A DNA stretch of 64,000 bases, taken from contig NW_015176458.1 in assembly GCF_001447785.1 (NCBI RefSeq), positions 1,488,216-1,552,215 on the forward strand. The letters are read 5' to 3'. Position 1 is the stretch's first letter. Every line of letters begins with the position of its first letter. The translations under genes and the position numbers were made by a program. The notes beneath the pieces are model-generated. The model saw only the letters and a program-made list of their open reading frames with translations. It was not told the origin of the DNA and made no database searches. Positions 1-12,813 of the stretch are shown here, piece after piece. This DNA is from Gekko japonicus. Taxonomy: Eukaryota.

Positions 1-119
1 AGGAGATCCCCAGGCCCCACCTGGAGGCTGGCAACCTTAATGGGCCCATCTCCAGGTGATTTTTCCCAGCTGATTTCCTCCACCCAGAGGTGGATAAACT
101 CACAAGCAAAGTAAGCACT

Positions 120-270
120 TTAGTTATGGTGTTTTTATCAATGATTTTAATTGTATTTATATACGTACTTTTATGTAAGCCGCCCTGAGCCTGCCTTGGC
201 GGGGAGGGTGGGGTATAAATCGAATGAATGAATGAATGAATGAATGAATGAATGAATGAATGAATGAATG
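120..270 (+). repeat. L2-type 3' tail ending in a (GAAT)n microsatellite (222-270)
   Basis: tgtaagccgccctgagcc...gggtataaat, then about 12 GAAT units; the same tail motif recurs near 15200, 23900 and 24830. Confidence 0.7.
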
Positions 271-1316
271 AGCTGCAATTTAGAGCCTCAAATTAAGAGA
301 GGCTTCTAAAAAAATTTAAATCACTAAATGTAAGTGTTGTGATGACATGCCTCGTCAGGGGTAATGCCTGGGGCCTTTTAAGATTGACATGAATTAGGGC
401 CTCAGCGTGTCTTCATCTGGCCCTGTCTCCACCTGTCTTTCCCCTTGATCCCGTTCCTTCGGACCCTCACCTCTGCTCACCGCCTCTTCCGCACTCATAC
501 CTCGGACTATGCTTCTTTCCATTTTTACAATGGTTTTCAATGCCCCCCAAATTGGCCCCAAGCAATTAAGACACAAATATCGACTAAAATATAATTCACA
601 AGAAAGGGGACCCGCGAAAATCACGGGGGGGAGGAGTGGGGGAGCTCCACCACCAAAGTCTCCAGGTATTTTCCAACCCAGACCTGGCAACCCTAGGACC
701 CATCTCCCTGTACTATCTCTTTATAGGCATGTTTCCATACCAATTTTCATCTTTTTTGGGTGGGCATCTCACTCCTCTATAAATGGCTTCTAGGTGTATT
801 CCACATTTAAATAATGATTTCAAAAATATGAAAATTAAATATAGATACATTTGGGGCAGGAGCCCACGAATCCCCCAGGTAATAAAGTTATTCTCAGAAT
901 ACTAGTTGACAGCTACACCTACTTATTGGCATCAGCTCCACAATGGCAGTGCTCATCTCTCCCTTTCCCCCTAAGTCTTCATTATAATGTATCTCAGTTA
1001 TTTCAGACTAACTTTCACTCAGCTTTTTTGGCAGATGTGACAGGTGGCTGGGACATTGATACCGTCAATGCCGCTCAGCCTACAATTGCAGTGTTATTTT
1101 CCGGAGCAATCATTAATTAAGAGAAACATGGAAAGTGCAATCCGATCTATTCAGACTTTTGTGCACACCTGGGGCCCGCCCCACGTGTGCACAAAACTCT
1201 CCCTCCCCCCAGCTGCCCCTGGTGCGCGGATTTAGGTGTCCGCACACCAGGGGGCGACTTCAGGATTAGATATATAGATGGGTGTCTTGATCCAGACATG
1301 GTGAAAGTTTGGCTAG

Positions 1317-1520
1317 TAGGGCTGTCAGCTCCTGGTTGGGAAATACCTGGAGATAGGGGGGCGGAGCCTAAGGAGGACACGGTTTGGGGAGGGGAGGGAC
1401 TTCAATGGGGCATAATGCCATAGAGTCCACCTTCCAAAGCAGCCATTTTTTACCAGGGGAACTGATCTCTGTTGGAATCCCAGGAGATCTCCGGCCACCA
1501 TCTGGAGGCTGGCACTCCTA
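1317..1520. mobile_element. Non-autonomous hAT-type MITE, ~200-bp TAGGGTTGCCA family
   Basis: Degenerate TIRs tagggctgtca/tggcactccta; 8-bp TSD ttggctag/gtggctag; body shared with many other copies in the window. Confidence 0.8.
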
Positions 1521-1734
1521 GTGGCTAGCTATCCCCCCTGGGCTCACTGCCAGCAGCTGAGAGAAGAAGGTAGAGGAGGAGCCAGAAACAGAGGAAAGGT
1601 GCTCAGCTGCTGCCTCTTTGTCCTCTCTGACGAGGAAGAAGCTCTCACACTGATACAATATAGTAAACACGGAACCAATTTATTATTTCATTGTGTTTTG
1701 TTTGCTTCAGTCATACCCAATAACTGTGTGTGTG

Positions 1735-1915
1735 TGTGTCCCAAAGTGGTTTACATTGTCCTCCCGTCCTTTATTTTATCCTCACAGCAACCCTGTGAGA
1801 TAGATTATGTTGAGGCTGTGTGACTGACCCAAAGTCACCCTGCAGGCTTCCATGGCAAAGTGGGGGTTCAACCCTGGGTCCCCCCCCCAGATCCTAGTCT
1901 AACACTATATCACTA
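1735..1915 (-). mobile_element. Older Squam3-type tRNA-derived SINE
   Basis: cctcacagcaaccctgtgag...tgactgacccaaagtcaccc...ttcaaccc matches the reverse of the SINE seen at 6156 and 58561. Confidence 0.6.
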
Positions 1916-2399
1916 CTAATATGTGGGATTTCTTGTGAGCAGTGAACTACACAGATCTGCAATGCTGCTGGAAATGAATTGATGGAAACATTGCTAAACC
2001 CAGGCTACGAGATGATAGAGATCTAAGGGAAGAGCTGGAGAGGATCCTTCAAACTGAACCCCTTGGGTCATTCAGGGGCCTCAGAAGTGGGGAAAGCAGC
2101 CCTGGGGCTAATGGCAGGGTTTGAATATGGCATTTACAGCTGGGTTTCATTTGCATTTACACCACCAAAGCAAATTCAGAGTGCCAAGCTGCCAGTTCAG
2201 TGCTTATTGATTGGATGTCAATCATGCCCATTCATCAGTGTGCCCCCTCCCTTAGCAACGGAATATTCCAAAGGGATGGAGCCCCCACCCATTCGTGGTG
2301 GAAGCACTCTCTTTGATATTGTATTCCCTTCTCTTCCATTGGTTTATTACTCCTTCTCTTTCCCCTGCTATTCCTGAAAACACAAGCCTTGATTATATC

Positions 2400-3060
2400 T
2401 TTCCTCTGTGCAGTTAAAGGCAAAAGATACATTTAATAAATCTACCATATGGATTCCCCATAGTCCACCCCTAGGTAAATGAGCAGTACAAAATGATACA
2501 TCTACCTTATTCAAATTCCTGCTACTTCCAGACGAGATTTTTTTTTTTTTTACTCTGGTTTGTGACTTTCTATTACTCACTGATTCTTTTTTTAAAAATT
2601 GGATGAATATTTGGTCATAACCTCTTCAGCTGAATTTAAAGCAGATCTCTGGCAAAATCATTTTTACTCATTTTACATCCTGAAGCAGCAAGTTAATGCC
2701 TTTCTTGTTGACGGGGCAGTTAAAAATGAGCACCTTAAAAGTTTGGACAGGTTCCTCTCCAATTAATCTCAAGTTGTGAAAACTTTTGACTGGAATAATA
2801 GGGACTGTCTTTCTTGTGAGTTTATAGCAACAAGTTTAGAATGATCCCATATTTTTAACAGAGGGATCTAGACTTAATTCTGAAGTATGCAATATATTGC
2901 CAAGTTTTCTAGTTACAAAACATGGAAGGATTTGAGAGTTTATCATCCTGCCCATTCCTAAGTATTTATGGCATCATTCTGAATAAATTTGTTACCAATT
3001 CTTTGTCCATGTTATGCTCTTCTATAGACCTCCCTATGGCGGATTGAGCAGTGTCATGGT
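2400..3060 (-). mobile_element. Degenerate R4/Dong-type non-LTR retrotransposon RT fragment
   Basis: Minus-strand translation across frameshifts gives IGRSIEE...HKYLGM...LVAINS..TVPII..EINW..STRKALT..HLPRGGLWG, the motif order of the R4/Dong RT C-terminal region. Confidence 0.5.
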
Positions 3061-3213
3061 TAAATCATAATCACTGGGTATACAGTGAAACAACCAGAGT
3101 AATACTCCACCAAAGATTCCATAGTGATCACAAAACCCAGCAAAAGAGCCAAAATACAAGTATGTTCTAACACCATGTTTAAGAACAGTCTTGATTATAC
3201 AATCTGTCCACTA

Positions 3214-3336
3214 CATCCTGACCCCACTGCTGGACCTCCTGATGGCACCTGGTTTTTTTAGCCACTATGTGACAGAGTGTTGGACTGGATGGGCCATTGG
3301 CCTGATCCAACATTTGGCTTCCCTTATGTTCTTATG
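3214..3336 (+). mobile_element. CR1 LINE 3' end
   Basis: gacagagtgttggactggatgggccattggcctgatccaacat...cttatgttcttatg; same 3' UTR as the ORF2-bearing copy at 50195. Confidence 0.8.
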
Positions 3337-3384
3337 ATCAAATGAGATACCTGTCACATAACCATGGCACATCCACATAGCTGC

Positions 3385-4125
3385 TTTAGCTACCTGTGGT
3401 ACATGCCCTGGTTACATCTAGATTAGATTACTGCCATGAGCTCTACATGGGGCTGCCCTTGAAAAGCTTTTAGAAACATCAGTTGGTAGAGAATGCTGAA
3501 GCAAGGACGTCGATTGGAGGGGGTCATAAGAACCAAACCACTCCAGTCATGACCCACCTACACTGGCTGCCAGTTTGTTTCTGGGAACAATTCAAGGTGC
3601 TGACCTTGACCTTCAAAGCCGTATGTACTTTGGGACCAACATACCTGAAAGACAGCGTAATCTCGTATGAACCTGCTTGACCATTATGATCATCTTGGGA
3701 GGTCCTGTTTTATGTGTGCTTACCTTCTGAGATTAGATGGCTGGCAACCCAGGAGAGGGCCTTCACGCTCATGGCACCAAAGCTTAGAATTCTCTTCCCA
3801 GGGAGATTCATCTGTTGCTGTCTTCCACCAATGGGTGAAGACTTTTTTGTTTTGTTCGTATTTCCTCAATGATTCCTCCTTACAACCAATGTTTTGTATA
3901 TATTTTAACTGTTTAAACTGTTGCCATCTTCCACCAGCAGGTGAAGGGGTTTTGTTTTTTTTTTGCTTCTAAACTCTTTTAAAAGTAGTTTTAATGAGAT
4001 ATGTTTGGGAGAGGGGTTTTTTTTAATGGCTTTATAATGTATTTTATCATCGATGTTTTAAATTGTTAGCCACTTTGGTGGCCCTTTAAAGGGCAGAAAA
4101 TTGGGATATAAATGTTGTCAATAAT
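3385..4125 (+). mobile_element. L2 LINE 3' fragment (ORF2 C-terminus and 3' UTR)
   Basis: LVTSRLDYC...LYMGLPLK...TPVMTHLHWLPVCFWEQFKVLTLTFKA, a typical L2 ORF2 end, followed by an AT-rich UTR. Confidence 0.85.
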
Positions 4126-4139
4126 AAAAAGAATGGATC

Positions 4140-4640
4140 ATCCCAATATAGTTGAATGTAAGTCCTTCTGGGAATATCCATCTGAAGGGAATAGAATGAT
4201 CATGCAAGAAAGAAGTTAAATTTTTGTATTGTCTTCTCTATTTTCATATCTCAAATGGAATGTCTTTCAAAATCCTCGCTTCCTCACCTTTGATTTTCAG
4301 AGGGTTCCCAGTTGTCGCTTTCAAGATTGCATCTCTAGTTGATCTTTTGTAGAATTTGACAAATATTTCACCAGGTAGCTTATTTTTTAATGAAGTCAGG
4401 GTAGGTTTGATAGACCAGGTCCATATCATTTTGTAGAACATCCGCTTTATAATCTACCACTGGTGCCAATGCTTTGCTTAATATTTCTTTTAATTTCTCC
4501 CCTTTCTGTTCTGCGATACCTTGAAAACGTAGGGCATACTTTGATTTCTCCATTTGCAGCTGCAGTAATTGCTCTTTATCAGAGATCTGGTCTTTTCCCA
4601 CGACCTCCAGTCTCTGTTTAACATTATCTTTCTTAACATC
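4140..4640 (-). mobile_element. L1 LINE ORF1p fragment, frameshifted
   Basis: ORFs 4380-4775 and 4244-4441: LRFQGIAEQKGEKLKEILSKALA...LPGEIFVKFYKRSTRDAILKA...ARILKDIPFEI resemble the L1 ORF1 RRM/CTD region. Confidence 0.75.
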
Positions 4641-4949
4641 AACTTGGATTTTACTGTGTGAACTGGCATAATCCAATTCAAAAGTGCATTGAAAGTGCAC
4701 TGAAAGTGGATTATTTAGTGTGTGTGATTGCAGCCTAAAATAAAATGAACTTGGCCAAGCAAGGGAACCAACCATCGGTTCTCCGAGTCAATACTTTTTC
4801 ACCATATTTTTGATGATGCTCAAAAGGAAGTGTCACTATATGGATTTGCAACAGAGTGGAGGTGCAAGGAAGTACAATTGTTAGATGTAACCCCAAGTGG
4901 TGGATAAACTCTTCATCACTGACTTCAGAATAGGTAGTAAGTCCAAGTT

Positions 4950-5290
4950 TAGTTTATTGTCTTAGCCATTGGCCATAACAACACAAAATAAATCAAAGCA
5001 CAACCAACAGTATACATCAGTAACTTACAGTAAGTCCTAGACCCAGTCCTATCTTTTTCGCCGCCAGTGCAAACAAAGCCATTCTGCTAGTAACATGTGC
5101 ATCAATATCAGAGAGCAAGAAAACGGTCAAATCCTGCTCTGAAATTCCATTATACAGAGGTACAATAGGATAAATAAACCTTTGCCTAAGTGATTCGTGC
5201 CATAAACATCTCAGAATATAATGCTCGACATCATCCACTTCACCCATACCACAGAGGCATATTCTGGAGGCGGCAGGGACACCCAGTTGA
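4950..5290 (-). mobile_element. Non-LTR retrotransposon ORF2 C-terminus with Cys/His knuckle (RTE-X-like)
   Basis: ORF 5017-5361: RICLCGMGEVDDVEHYILRCLWHESLRQRFIYPI, a CxC...H...C zinc-knuckle pattern; clade assignment is inference. Confidence 0.6.
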
Positions 5291-5342
5291 GGGTATGACT
5301 TGGAACCAAATAGGTAGTAGAAAGTGTTTGTAGTAGAAAGTG

Positions 5343-5535
5343 TTGCCAAGTCACAGTCCACTTGTAGTGACCCCAGAGGGTTTTTAAGGCAAGAGATGTT
5401 CAGAGGTGGTTGACCAGTGCCGGACTCTATGTAGCAACCCTGGACTTTCTTGGGGATTTCCCACCCAAGGGCTGGCCCTCTTTAGCTTCTGAGATCTGAT
5501 GAGATTGGGCTAGCCTGGGCCATCCAGGTCAGGAC
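5343..5535 (-). mobile_element. 5S rRNA-derived SINE with RTE-like tail
   Basis: Reverse strand reads gcccaggctagcccaatctcatcagatctcagaagctaaagagggcc (5S-like), then aacatctcttgccttaaaaaccc. Confidence 0.75.
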
Positions 5536-6155
5536 AAATTACAAGTAACATCCTCAAAGTCCTGGTGGGGGGGAAGTCGCTATTTTATCAAAAGTTTTAA
5601 ACTGGATTACAAATATTTTGCATGTGCATATTCTCAAAGTGCCGTTTAAGAATTTTGATTTGTGTGCAGGGGAAGTCACTGAGACTACAGTCCTATGTAG
5701 GCTTCTGCCAGTCTGAAACCACTGATGGGACTGGACTGGTACAACTCTGCATGGGATTGTAGTGTATGTTGCTTGGGGAACCACGTGGACATCTGTCATG
5801 CATTATGACATCTTGTATTGGTTGCCTGCTTGCACATGCTAATGCTATTATCCAGCAGCATGGATCCCCTTGTGGAATACCAGCATCAGCACTTCCAGTG
5901 CAGCATTAGCTGCAGAGTTATTAATCATTGAGACAACTTGAGTAAGAGACTAAAGCAAAGTAAAAAAACTCTTTCTTAAAAGCTTGGCCAGAAGCGTATA
6001 TGTTGATATGATACCTTGGGGCACATGTGACTCTGGATAGTATTGTTCTGCAAATTACATTCCCATTCGTCCAAGTCAGGAAACAGGGATAAGGAATAAT
6101 TCAGCGAGTTTATCAAGATAATCAGGGATTAAGCAATCAAATCAGTTCTAAGCAT

Positions 6156-6429
6156 TTTGGTGTAGTGGTTAAGTGTGCGGACTCTAATCTGGGAGAACTG
6201 GGTTTGATTCCCACTCCTCCACTTGCACCTGCTGATGTGACCTTGGGTCAGTCACAAGCTCTGGCACAGCTGTCCTTGAAAAAGAGCAGTTTGTGTCAGA
6301 GTTCTCTCAGCCCCACCCACCTCACAGGGTGTCTGTTGTGGGGAGGGGGAGGGAAAGGAGTTTGTAAGCCGCTCTGAGACTCCAAGTGAAGGGCGGGGTA
6401 TAAATCCAATCTCTTCTTCTTCTTCTTCT
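6156..6429 (+). mobile_element. Squam3-type tRNA-derived SINE, full length
   Basis: A box tggtgtagtgg, B-box-like ggtttgattccc, L2-like 3' end and (CTT)n tail. Confidence 0.85.
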
Positions 6430-6609
6430 ACACCTCCAGGGGCTTCCAGTGCAATCCTAAATAGATTTGCACCCTTCTAATTCCTTTGAAGTCAATGGTT
6501 TTAAAAGAGTGTAATCCTATTTAGGTGTTATTTGAACCAGTTCAACACACCACACCACCATCTACAACTTGAATTTAACAAGTGAATAAGAATGTTTTGC
6601 AATTCATCA

Positions 6610-6826
6610 TCGAGTTGCCAATCTCCAGGTGGGACCTGGGGACCCCCTGGAATTACTGCTCATCTCCAGACCAAAGAGATCAGTTCCCCTGGAGAAAATG
6701 GCTGCTTTGGAGGGTGGACTCTATGGCATCGTACCCAATGAGGTCTCTGTCCTCCCCAGAAACTGTCCTCCTAAGGCTCTACCCCCAAAACTTCAGGAAT
6801 TTCCCAACCCAGAGTTGGCAACCCTA
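6610..6826. mobile_element. hAT-type MITE (TAGGGTTGCCA family)
   Basis: gagttgccaa...tggcaacccta ends; body cagttcccctggagaaaatggctgctttggagggtggactctatggc. Confidence 0.8.
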
Positions 6827-7917
6827 TTCAGAATATATCTATGCCAGATTAATAATTTGAGAGCATGTGGAATCAACTAAGAAAGACCCTCCAGGGCATT
6901 AAAAACAAGGGAAATGTGCATTATGTGTATTTTATGTGCAAACGTTGCCACATCTCTCACTCTATCTGGCTTAATTTGTTTGTGGGCCAAATCTTTCAAT
7001 AAATAAGACTCTGTTTCTCTTTGGAAGATATGCATATCATCCACTTTCATTCAAATCCCGGCCAAGTTTCTCAAGGAGCAGGCTGGCAAATTAGGCTGTC
7101 AAAGTCCACAAGTTTTGCCTTGCCTAAAACAGCACGTCCCCCCGCTCTGAATGGAGCCTGAAGTCACTTTCCATACTGAGACAATTCTGTATATCTGATT
7201 ACAGCACTGGGGTAAAAAGGGTTCAGCTGTCCAGAAGGTTTTGCAATTGGATGATATCATAACCAGAGTGTTATTAAATCTCACAGCAGCTGGAGTTTTG
7301 ATTCCCGTCTAGCAGTGATCCCATTGAGATATTTGGTAAGGATGGATTTCCGGCATGTCTCCAAAATATTTTTTTAAGAACATTCTTCAAGCAGTTTGTC
7401 AGCATAACTCTGCCGTGCCTTTAAGAAGGAACCTCCATTTTGCACTTAATATCTTACCTTTAAGAACTATTCTGTACAACTAAATCCAGCAATATACTAT
7501 GTGTTGATTTACTTTACTTTTGCCATGTGTATTTTTAACCATAGCATTTTTCAAGCAGTAAACCAAAGCCACGGTTTAGCATGTTTGTTTTAAATCACTG
7601 TTTCACAATTTAATTTTTAAAAAATAAATAAATTAGATTGGTAAAGAAGTCCAAGATAGCACACTGGGGGGAATAGTTATATTCTTCTGTCTGATATATA
7701 TTTTATTAAAGCTACTGTGTTATATATAAGACAATATGTTTAAAATCCCTCTGCACCTTTAAGATTTTTTTTTTTAATTTCAGAACAAATTTGTTAGTCC
7801 ACCAGAGAAACTGTTAGCTGCAAGTTAGGGAAACCTGTTGGTGGAATGCTTACACAAGAAACCTTAAAGGGACACTTATTAATAAGGATTCTACATGGGT
7901 AAGGCAGGGGTGCACAA

Positions 7918-8118
7918 TAGGGCTGGGAAGGTCCAGATGGGGCCTGCAATTCTCCTGGAAGTACAACTAATCTTCGAACTATACCAATCAGCTCCCCAGG
8001 AAAAGATTCAGCTTCAGAGGTCAGACTGTAGAGCATCACATCCTCACTGAGCCTCCTCGCCTCTCTGGCACCCCTCCAAAATGTCCAAGAAGATCCCAAG
8101 ATGCAGTTGGCAATGCTG
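7918..8118. mobile_element. hAT-type MITE (TAGGGTTGCCA family), diverged
   Basis: Shared body; TSD gtgcacaa/gcacacaa. Confidence 0.65.
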
Positions 8119-8273
8119 GCACACAACCAATGTCACTCTCGCCTTGTATAGGGTACAAAGAAACCAGCACCCCTGTTTAGGCCTTGATTAACAAAAACTG
8201 ATTTCAGACAGCCTATGTATTCCGTTTCAGGAACTGGTCACTAATGGGTTTTCTCTGTCATTTCAAACAGACC

Positions 8274-8638
8274 CAGGGGTCATTTGGGGCTGGAGCATGC
8301 TGGAGCACTGCTCCAGCAGCCCAGGAGCGGGCACAAGCCCTGCCCCCAGCTCCATCTTTAAAATCCTCCCCTCTCCTTCCCTTCCCCAACCGACCTGCCA
8401 AGGTGGTGGTGGGGAGCGAGGAGAGTTTAAACCCATTTTCTCTTCGCTCCCCCCCCCCAGCCCACCTGGGGAAGGGAAGGGGAGACTTTTGAAGATGCCT
8501 CCCCCCTTTTGCTTCCCCTTCTGACATAACATCCGGTGATGTCAGGGGGCGTGGCATATGCTAATGGACTATTATGTTAATAGCCTATTAGGTATGCTAA
8601 ATGAGCTCCTGCAGCATTTTTCTATGAAATGACCACTG
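8274..8638. mobile_element. hAT-type MITE, CAGGGGTCATTT family
   Basis: TIRs caggggtcattt/aaatgaccactg; 8-bp TSD aacagacc/gacagacc. Confidence 0.85.
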
Positions 8639-8759
8639 GACAGACCCATTTACTAAAACTGGTCCCTGACGGAATATATTTACCTGTTCAGACAAACACA
8701 CTTCTGTCCCATTCGGGAAGCATGCCTGAAGCGTTGTTGACTCAAACTGCTTTCCCCCA

Positions 8760-9490
8760 GTCTTCAATCTTTCCTACCACTTCTGAAGTGCTGTTGGATG
8801 CTGTATAAAATGCCCCGTAGCACTTCCTGCGATGACAGTTCTTTTCGCACCCTTTTTCTCCCTACATGTGATCGTCCTCTTTTTTTTTAACATTCTATTG
8901 GGAGAGCTATGGCACTGAAGCAGGACTACAAATCAGCACCATAGTGACCCCATTGAGATTCCTGGACTCCATTTAGATACACTGAGATTCGCTACTGCTG
9001 TCACTTGGAACAAGTACCTGATTGGACAGCGTGTTTAAGCGGGAGATCAGGGGCATAAGTGAATGGTGAGACAGATGTTTGGTCGGTTTTTAAAAAGTTT
9101 GCTTTAGAGGAAGTGTAGACTCAGTCACACACACACACAAACACACACAGTCCATGGTTTGTGGGAGTTAAGGAAGAAAGGAAGGAAAGCTTCCTGGGTT
9201 TCAAAAATGTCCGGTTCCCCCCCTCCATGCTTGAACTCTGTATCCAGTACGCTCCTTGTTTCCAGGTGACAGCAGTAGTGAATGTCAGTGTATCTAAATG
9301 GAGTCCAGGAATCTCAATGGGGTTGCTATGCTGCTGATTTGTAGTCCTGCTTCAGCGCCATAGCACTCCCAATAGAATGTTTTTTTTTTTAAAAAAAAAC
9401 CTCTCAGGGAGATTATGCGCACAGGGGGAAATGGTGGGAAAAGAAAGTGGCACAGTTCGACACACAACTTCAGAGATGGTGTACAGGATT
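8760..9490. repeat. Long inverted-repeat (fold-back) element, probable MITE
   Basis: 8889-9013 is the reverse complement of 9256-9381 with roughly 8 differences; weaker pairing extends outward. Confidence 0.75.
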
Positions 9491-9499
9491 CTGCCCCCA

Positions 9500-10324
9500 C
9501 GCCTGTCTAGGAATGAGGGGAAAACTCCTACACGTTTACAGTACATTAACAACAATACCCAGCTCTAGCACCTCCTCAGAGATGCACTCTTAAGGCTCAA
9601 TGGTAGCGTGCAGCCCCAGCTAGGCACAGGGAGTTTAGCCTTGGAGTCCAGTTACCCATCAAACACAGTATTTATAAACAGAGTAAAGTTTATTCAGTAC
9701 AGGCTTGCAATCAGAATAATAATAATTCAAAACAAGAAAACCTATGGCTCTTGGCCCTGACTAGACATTAGAGATATGCATAATTACCAGGAGGATCCAT
9801 AGTCAAGAATGTCCAAGTATACAGTCCAACAAGATCCCACGGGATCTTCAGCAGAAATCCCATCTTTGTGCAAGTATGCAGCCATGTGCTCAGCTGCACC
9901 AAAGAATCCATTGTTCTGCCTGGGACAGCCTTTCCCAGGTACAATTCAACATGAAGGAGAGAGCAAGAGAAGAAACTGAGCTCTCTTCCAAGGGATCAGA
10001 CAATTAAACCCAAATCTCATTATGATCAGCCATGGCCATTAGCCAATCATCAGTAGACAGGGAGGTCCCAACTTTTGGGTTGTCATGGTAATGGGTGGGG
10101 ATAGGCTAGGTCTGGGGAACACCCTCTGCAGCAAATGACCCCAGAGCCCAACCCACCTTGGGCCTACTACATGCCTGTTTGCATGTCAGCTAGGCATCTG
10201 CTCTTCTTCCAGCGTGTGAAGGAATGTTTTATGGCAGGCTATTGAGCCCATTTGGCTTCTAGAGGAAATGCACACAACAGGGGTTCATCAAGATACATTC
10301 CAAGGGGGAAACATGAAGCCCACA
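9500..10324 (-). mobile_element. Probable solo LTR
   Basis: TG...CA-compatible ends, minus-strand AATAAA near 9690, LTR-like composition; no TSD found. Confidence 0.35.
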
Positions 10325-10688
10325 GAAATTAGTATTTCTATACTACTGGAAGGGAAAGGCTGTGTGAAAAAGCCGTCCCTGTACCAGTTTATTCAATGAC
10401 TGGACAATAATGGTCACAGAAATGTCATTGAGCAACCTGTTTCCCCCACTTGTATGTGAGGTCACACTAGCAAATGACTGACAGCCAACGGGGGGGGGCG
10501 GTGGCAGGAACAGGGTAAAATAGGGGCTGCATCGGCAGTACAACGTCACTTCTGGTGGAAAGTGGGAGTGACGTGTCGCCAGAAGGATGCCAAGGCGACA
10601 TTCTAGATACAGTGTCACTTCCAGGTGTTTACCAGAACTGATGCTGTGCAACCAGTATTGTACCCGTTCTAAAAGTCCTCCTGATGGC

Positions 10689-10890
10689 TAGGGTTGCCAA
10701 CCTCCTGGTGGCACATGGAGATCTTGCACTATTACAATTGACCTCCAGATGACCTAGATCAGTCCTCTGGAGAAAATGGCTGCTTTGGAGGATAGATTCT
10801 ATGGCATGATATCTTGCTGAGATTCCCACCCCTCCCAGGCTTCACCCTTGAAAACTCCAGGTATTTCTCAACCCAGAGGTGGCAACCCTA
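10689..10890. mobile_element. hAT-type MITE (TAGGGTTGCCA family)
   Basis: Perfect TIRs tagggttgcca/tggcaacccta; TSD ctgatggc/ctgctggt. Confidence 0.85.
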
Positions 10891-12514
10891 CTGCTGGTCC
10901 TTAGCTGGCTGGTGGCCAACAAAAAGGGAGAGCAGAATGTTTTCATAGTTTACACCAGTGTGACATAGTGGTGACACTGAGGGTTGTGCAGTTCTGACAG
11001 CAATCTCCCACCCGCCACTCGATAGGAGGGGGAATGGATAGGCCAAAGTGGTGTCCCGTGACACCATGACATCACTTCCAGGTGCATAGCTATGACACTC
11101 TAGGATTCACCTGAAATGGGATTGTCTGACATCATTTGTGTAAGTCCTGCCCTCCTCAGTCTGCGGGGGATTGCAGGCCGACTATATGGCACCATATCTC
11201 TAATGGTGGGGCATTTTGCACTGTGAAGATTTATCTGAAATCTGTTCCACAGAACCACCTATTTCTGGCCCCTAAACCCGCATATTGAGGTGCTGTGCCA
11301 CCCTGTCTCTGGGTTACACCAGCTTCTGAACTGTCATCTGAAACAGTGTACAGACTGACCTAGACCTAAACAGTCTGCACTGTATCAAAATCAGCTTCCC
11401 CTTTTTGACCCGTTTGCCTGAGAATCTAGACAGTGGCCTGAAGAAAACATTGCAGCAACATCTTCATAACTGACAGCAATAATCTGATTCCTACCTCAGT
11501 GTGATACAACAAAACGGTTCTGTTTTTGTGAGTGTGTTTGTGTCTGCAGGGCTGCCTTCTCGCTTCAGATGCGTATTTCAAATGCAGGCTCTAGACAACA
11601 TCCCTCTCCGTAATGATTTCAACACCTCCAAGACCTCTGCTGTGGCCTGTCCATCGGCTTCCTGTCAGGACTTAGACTGATTTGCTTTATTTCCTTATTG
11701 ACTTTTAAGACACTGTGGGTTGAGGGCCTTTCCCACACCGCCGTTCCCTGTGGACTTGGCTGTGCTCTAATCTACCTTGTTGTGGTCTTGATGTTTTCTG
11801 TGCAGGATGTTTGGTTCCAGGGCATTTTCTTGTTATGCAAGAAAGTACAGCAGCCTGGAGAATCCTGTCATTCTTGACATCTAGCTGGCTAACAGTGTAT
11901 GATGCTAAGTGGAGTTATGCGCCACTAAGTCCATTGACACTCATTGGTTTGGGAAGGTGCAACTCTGTTTGGAATTGCTCTGTAAATCACAAGCCACTCT
12001 CTTAACTCAAGCTTTTAGAAAAGTTATTTCCCCCAGTTCACACTTTCTAATGCACATGGAGGTCTGAGTACAGTTTTAGTGCTATTATTTAGTAATAGAA
12101 TTGTTCCTGCCCAGTTTTAAGTACGTGATAAAAGTATTCTAAAGGGATTAACCGTAAAGAATGTCACACTTTAAGAGACATTCGGTCCCCCTCTCTTCCC
12201 TCCCTTTCACAATTTGTCACTCTAGCAAGGGCTTCTCCATCCCCTTTGCTGAAATTGGTATATTGTGACACACACACCCCCGCTCCCATTTTTATTTTGA
12301 TAAGAGTAAATACAACTCAGCATGCACGGACACTGGGGAGCGCTATATATTTCCTTTTTATTTAGAACCAGCCTGTGGTATATGTGGGATGCCTCTCTTT
12401 GTCTATGCTAGACGCCACCTCTCTCTGTTCGGGAACTTGCAGGAGGCAAGATGCTTCTGCACATCTCCCCTGTGCAAGCACACCGGGGCCACACCTGTAA
12501 TAATATACTTGCAC

Positions 12515-12735
12515 AGAAGAAGGTTTTATGCCCTGCTTTCCTCTGCCTTAAGGAGTCTCAAGGTGGCTTACAACCACATTACCTTCCCCTCCCCACAACA
12601 GATACCTTGTGAGGTAGGTGGGGCTGAGAGCATTATAAGAGAACTGTGACTGGCCCACCAGCAGGCTTCACTGTGGAGGAGTCAGGAATCAAACCCAGTT
12701 CTCCAGATCAGAGTTTGCAGCTCTACGCCACATTG
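12515..12735 (-). mobile_element. Squam3-type SINE
   Basis: ccccacaacagataccttgtgaggtaggtggggctgagag...aatcaaacccagttctccagatcagagt. Confidence 0.8.
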
Positions 12736-12813
12736 GGTTCAGCAATCAAAACACAGGGCCTATTGTAATAGGGCATAGGGTATAGTATTATTTAGATAGT
12801 CTTCTGCTTCTTC

